A stretch of 64,000 bases of DNA, from assembly GCF_009914755.1 (NCBI RefSeq), contig NC_060943.1. The stretch is one strand, 5' to 3'. How positions within the stretch are numbered: position 1 is the stretch's first letter; each line of letters begins with the position of its first letter. Under the pieces are notes generated by a model. That model did no database searches. It was given only the letters and a program-made list of their open reading frames with translations, and was not told where the DNA came from. The position numbers were made by a program, and so were the translations under genes. The DNA is from the human T2T-CHM13v2.0 reference genome, Homo sapiens. Of this stretch, positions 62,901 through 64,000 are shown piece after piece.

Positions 62901-64000
62901 TTCTTCCTTTGGGCAAATGGCCTTGGGGTGCCCCCATCTCCATGCACAGCCTGGCCCTGTTGGCGTGACTGGCTGGTATGTGGGGGATGGGGAATTTCTC
63001 TCCCTGCCCTCTAGGAGGAAGCGGGGTAAGGGGTGAGTCACATGGGTATACTCTGGGTCTGCAGTGGCTGGAGCAGTTAGTGCCCACCCCCAGGAACACG
63101 AGGGGGTGTTAGTACCCAGCCTCTGCGCCTCTGAGCTTGGAGTCTGTTGGACACAGGTCTAGCTGCCCCACCTCCACTCCAGGCAAAGGGCCTCGAGCAC
63201 AGGGACTCCAGTGGTCTGGCCAGAGCCTCAGCTCCCTCTGGTGTGACTGTCCAGAGGGACTGACATACGCCAACCCATCTGTCAGTCCATCAGTGAGGAC
63301 AGCCCTGGCTGTCACAGGAGAGTCCGTCTGTGCTTGAATATCCTTTGAGCCTAGCAGGCTCCTTTTCAGAGCTGCCTGCTCTATGGAGACCTTGTCCCCA
63401 GTGCCCTACAGAGAGAAGCAGGGTGGAGGCACATCCAAGAGCTTCTCTGCCCACCGGGCCGGGTACCAGGGACAAGGACCCAGGTTCCCGCCAGTACCTA
63501 GGCCCCCGCCCTGGGAGCACGCATGCTTATTTGGAGGCCTGGACAGTGCAGGGGGTGGCTGCTGGTTACTGACTGGGGGCCTGGAGGTTCCCAACTGGGC
63601 TCCCCAAGGCAGGGCCAGAGGGTGTCTCATTCCATGATTTGTCCAGAGGTGCAGATACAGGAGACCCTGGTGGAAAGCTAGCATTCCAGCCACAGGTGGG
63701 AACAGGCTTCCCTCAGCCTCCTGGGTGTGAAAGGATGGAAAGGGCACCCCTGGGTAACTTGTAGAGGGCAGAGTCATCCGGGGATTGCACTTGGATTGCT
63801 GCAGTGAGCAGGGCCTACACCTGCCCGGGTGCCTCGCGCCTCGGTGATGACTATCCCTCCTCTGCCCCGTAGATCTCGGCCTGATGGACGCCTGGTGTGG
63901 ACGATGAGGGAAGAACGTGCCCCCCACACCCAAGAGGTGACCCCTGAGCCAGCCCCGGATGACCCTGCGACCTGGAACAATGCGGCTGGCCTGCATGTTC

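Noticed and set aside
63406-63996. 196-aa minus-strand ORF at the window end
   Set aside because: No recognisable domain or exon structure; GC-rich chance ORF.

Overview
Primate (human-like) genomic DNA: GC-rich flanks, roughly 45 Alu copies, and many LTR, LINE, MIR and DNA-transposon remnants. I find no credible protein-coding gene, RNA gene or CRISPR array. The long ORFs in the track come from Alus, microsatellites, a 39-bp (13-codon) minisatellite, or GC-rich chance frames. I could not identify the locus. The most notable unexplained structure is at 3.1-5.9 kb: a triplicated unique 'leader' segment associated with three arrays of a 39-bp hairpin-containing repeat, one with a 156-bp higher-order period. 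A second theme is a series of repeat-free, CpG-retaining, homeodomain-motif-rich islands (about 10.6-11.1, 12.9-13.4, 13.8-14.0, 42.0-42.7, 43.4-44.2, 49.1-49.3, 58.9-59.9 and 62.3 kb) that look like a developmental enhancer landscape. Several local rearrangement scars are also visible: an inversion inside an L1, a fold-back, an Alu-Alu fusion and small duplications. Repeat subfamily names are from recall of consensus sequences, and boundaries of old repeats are approximate.
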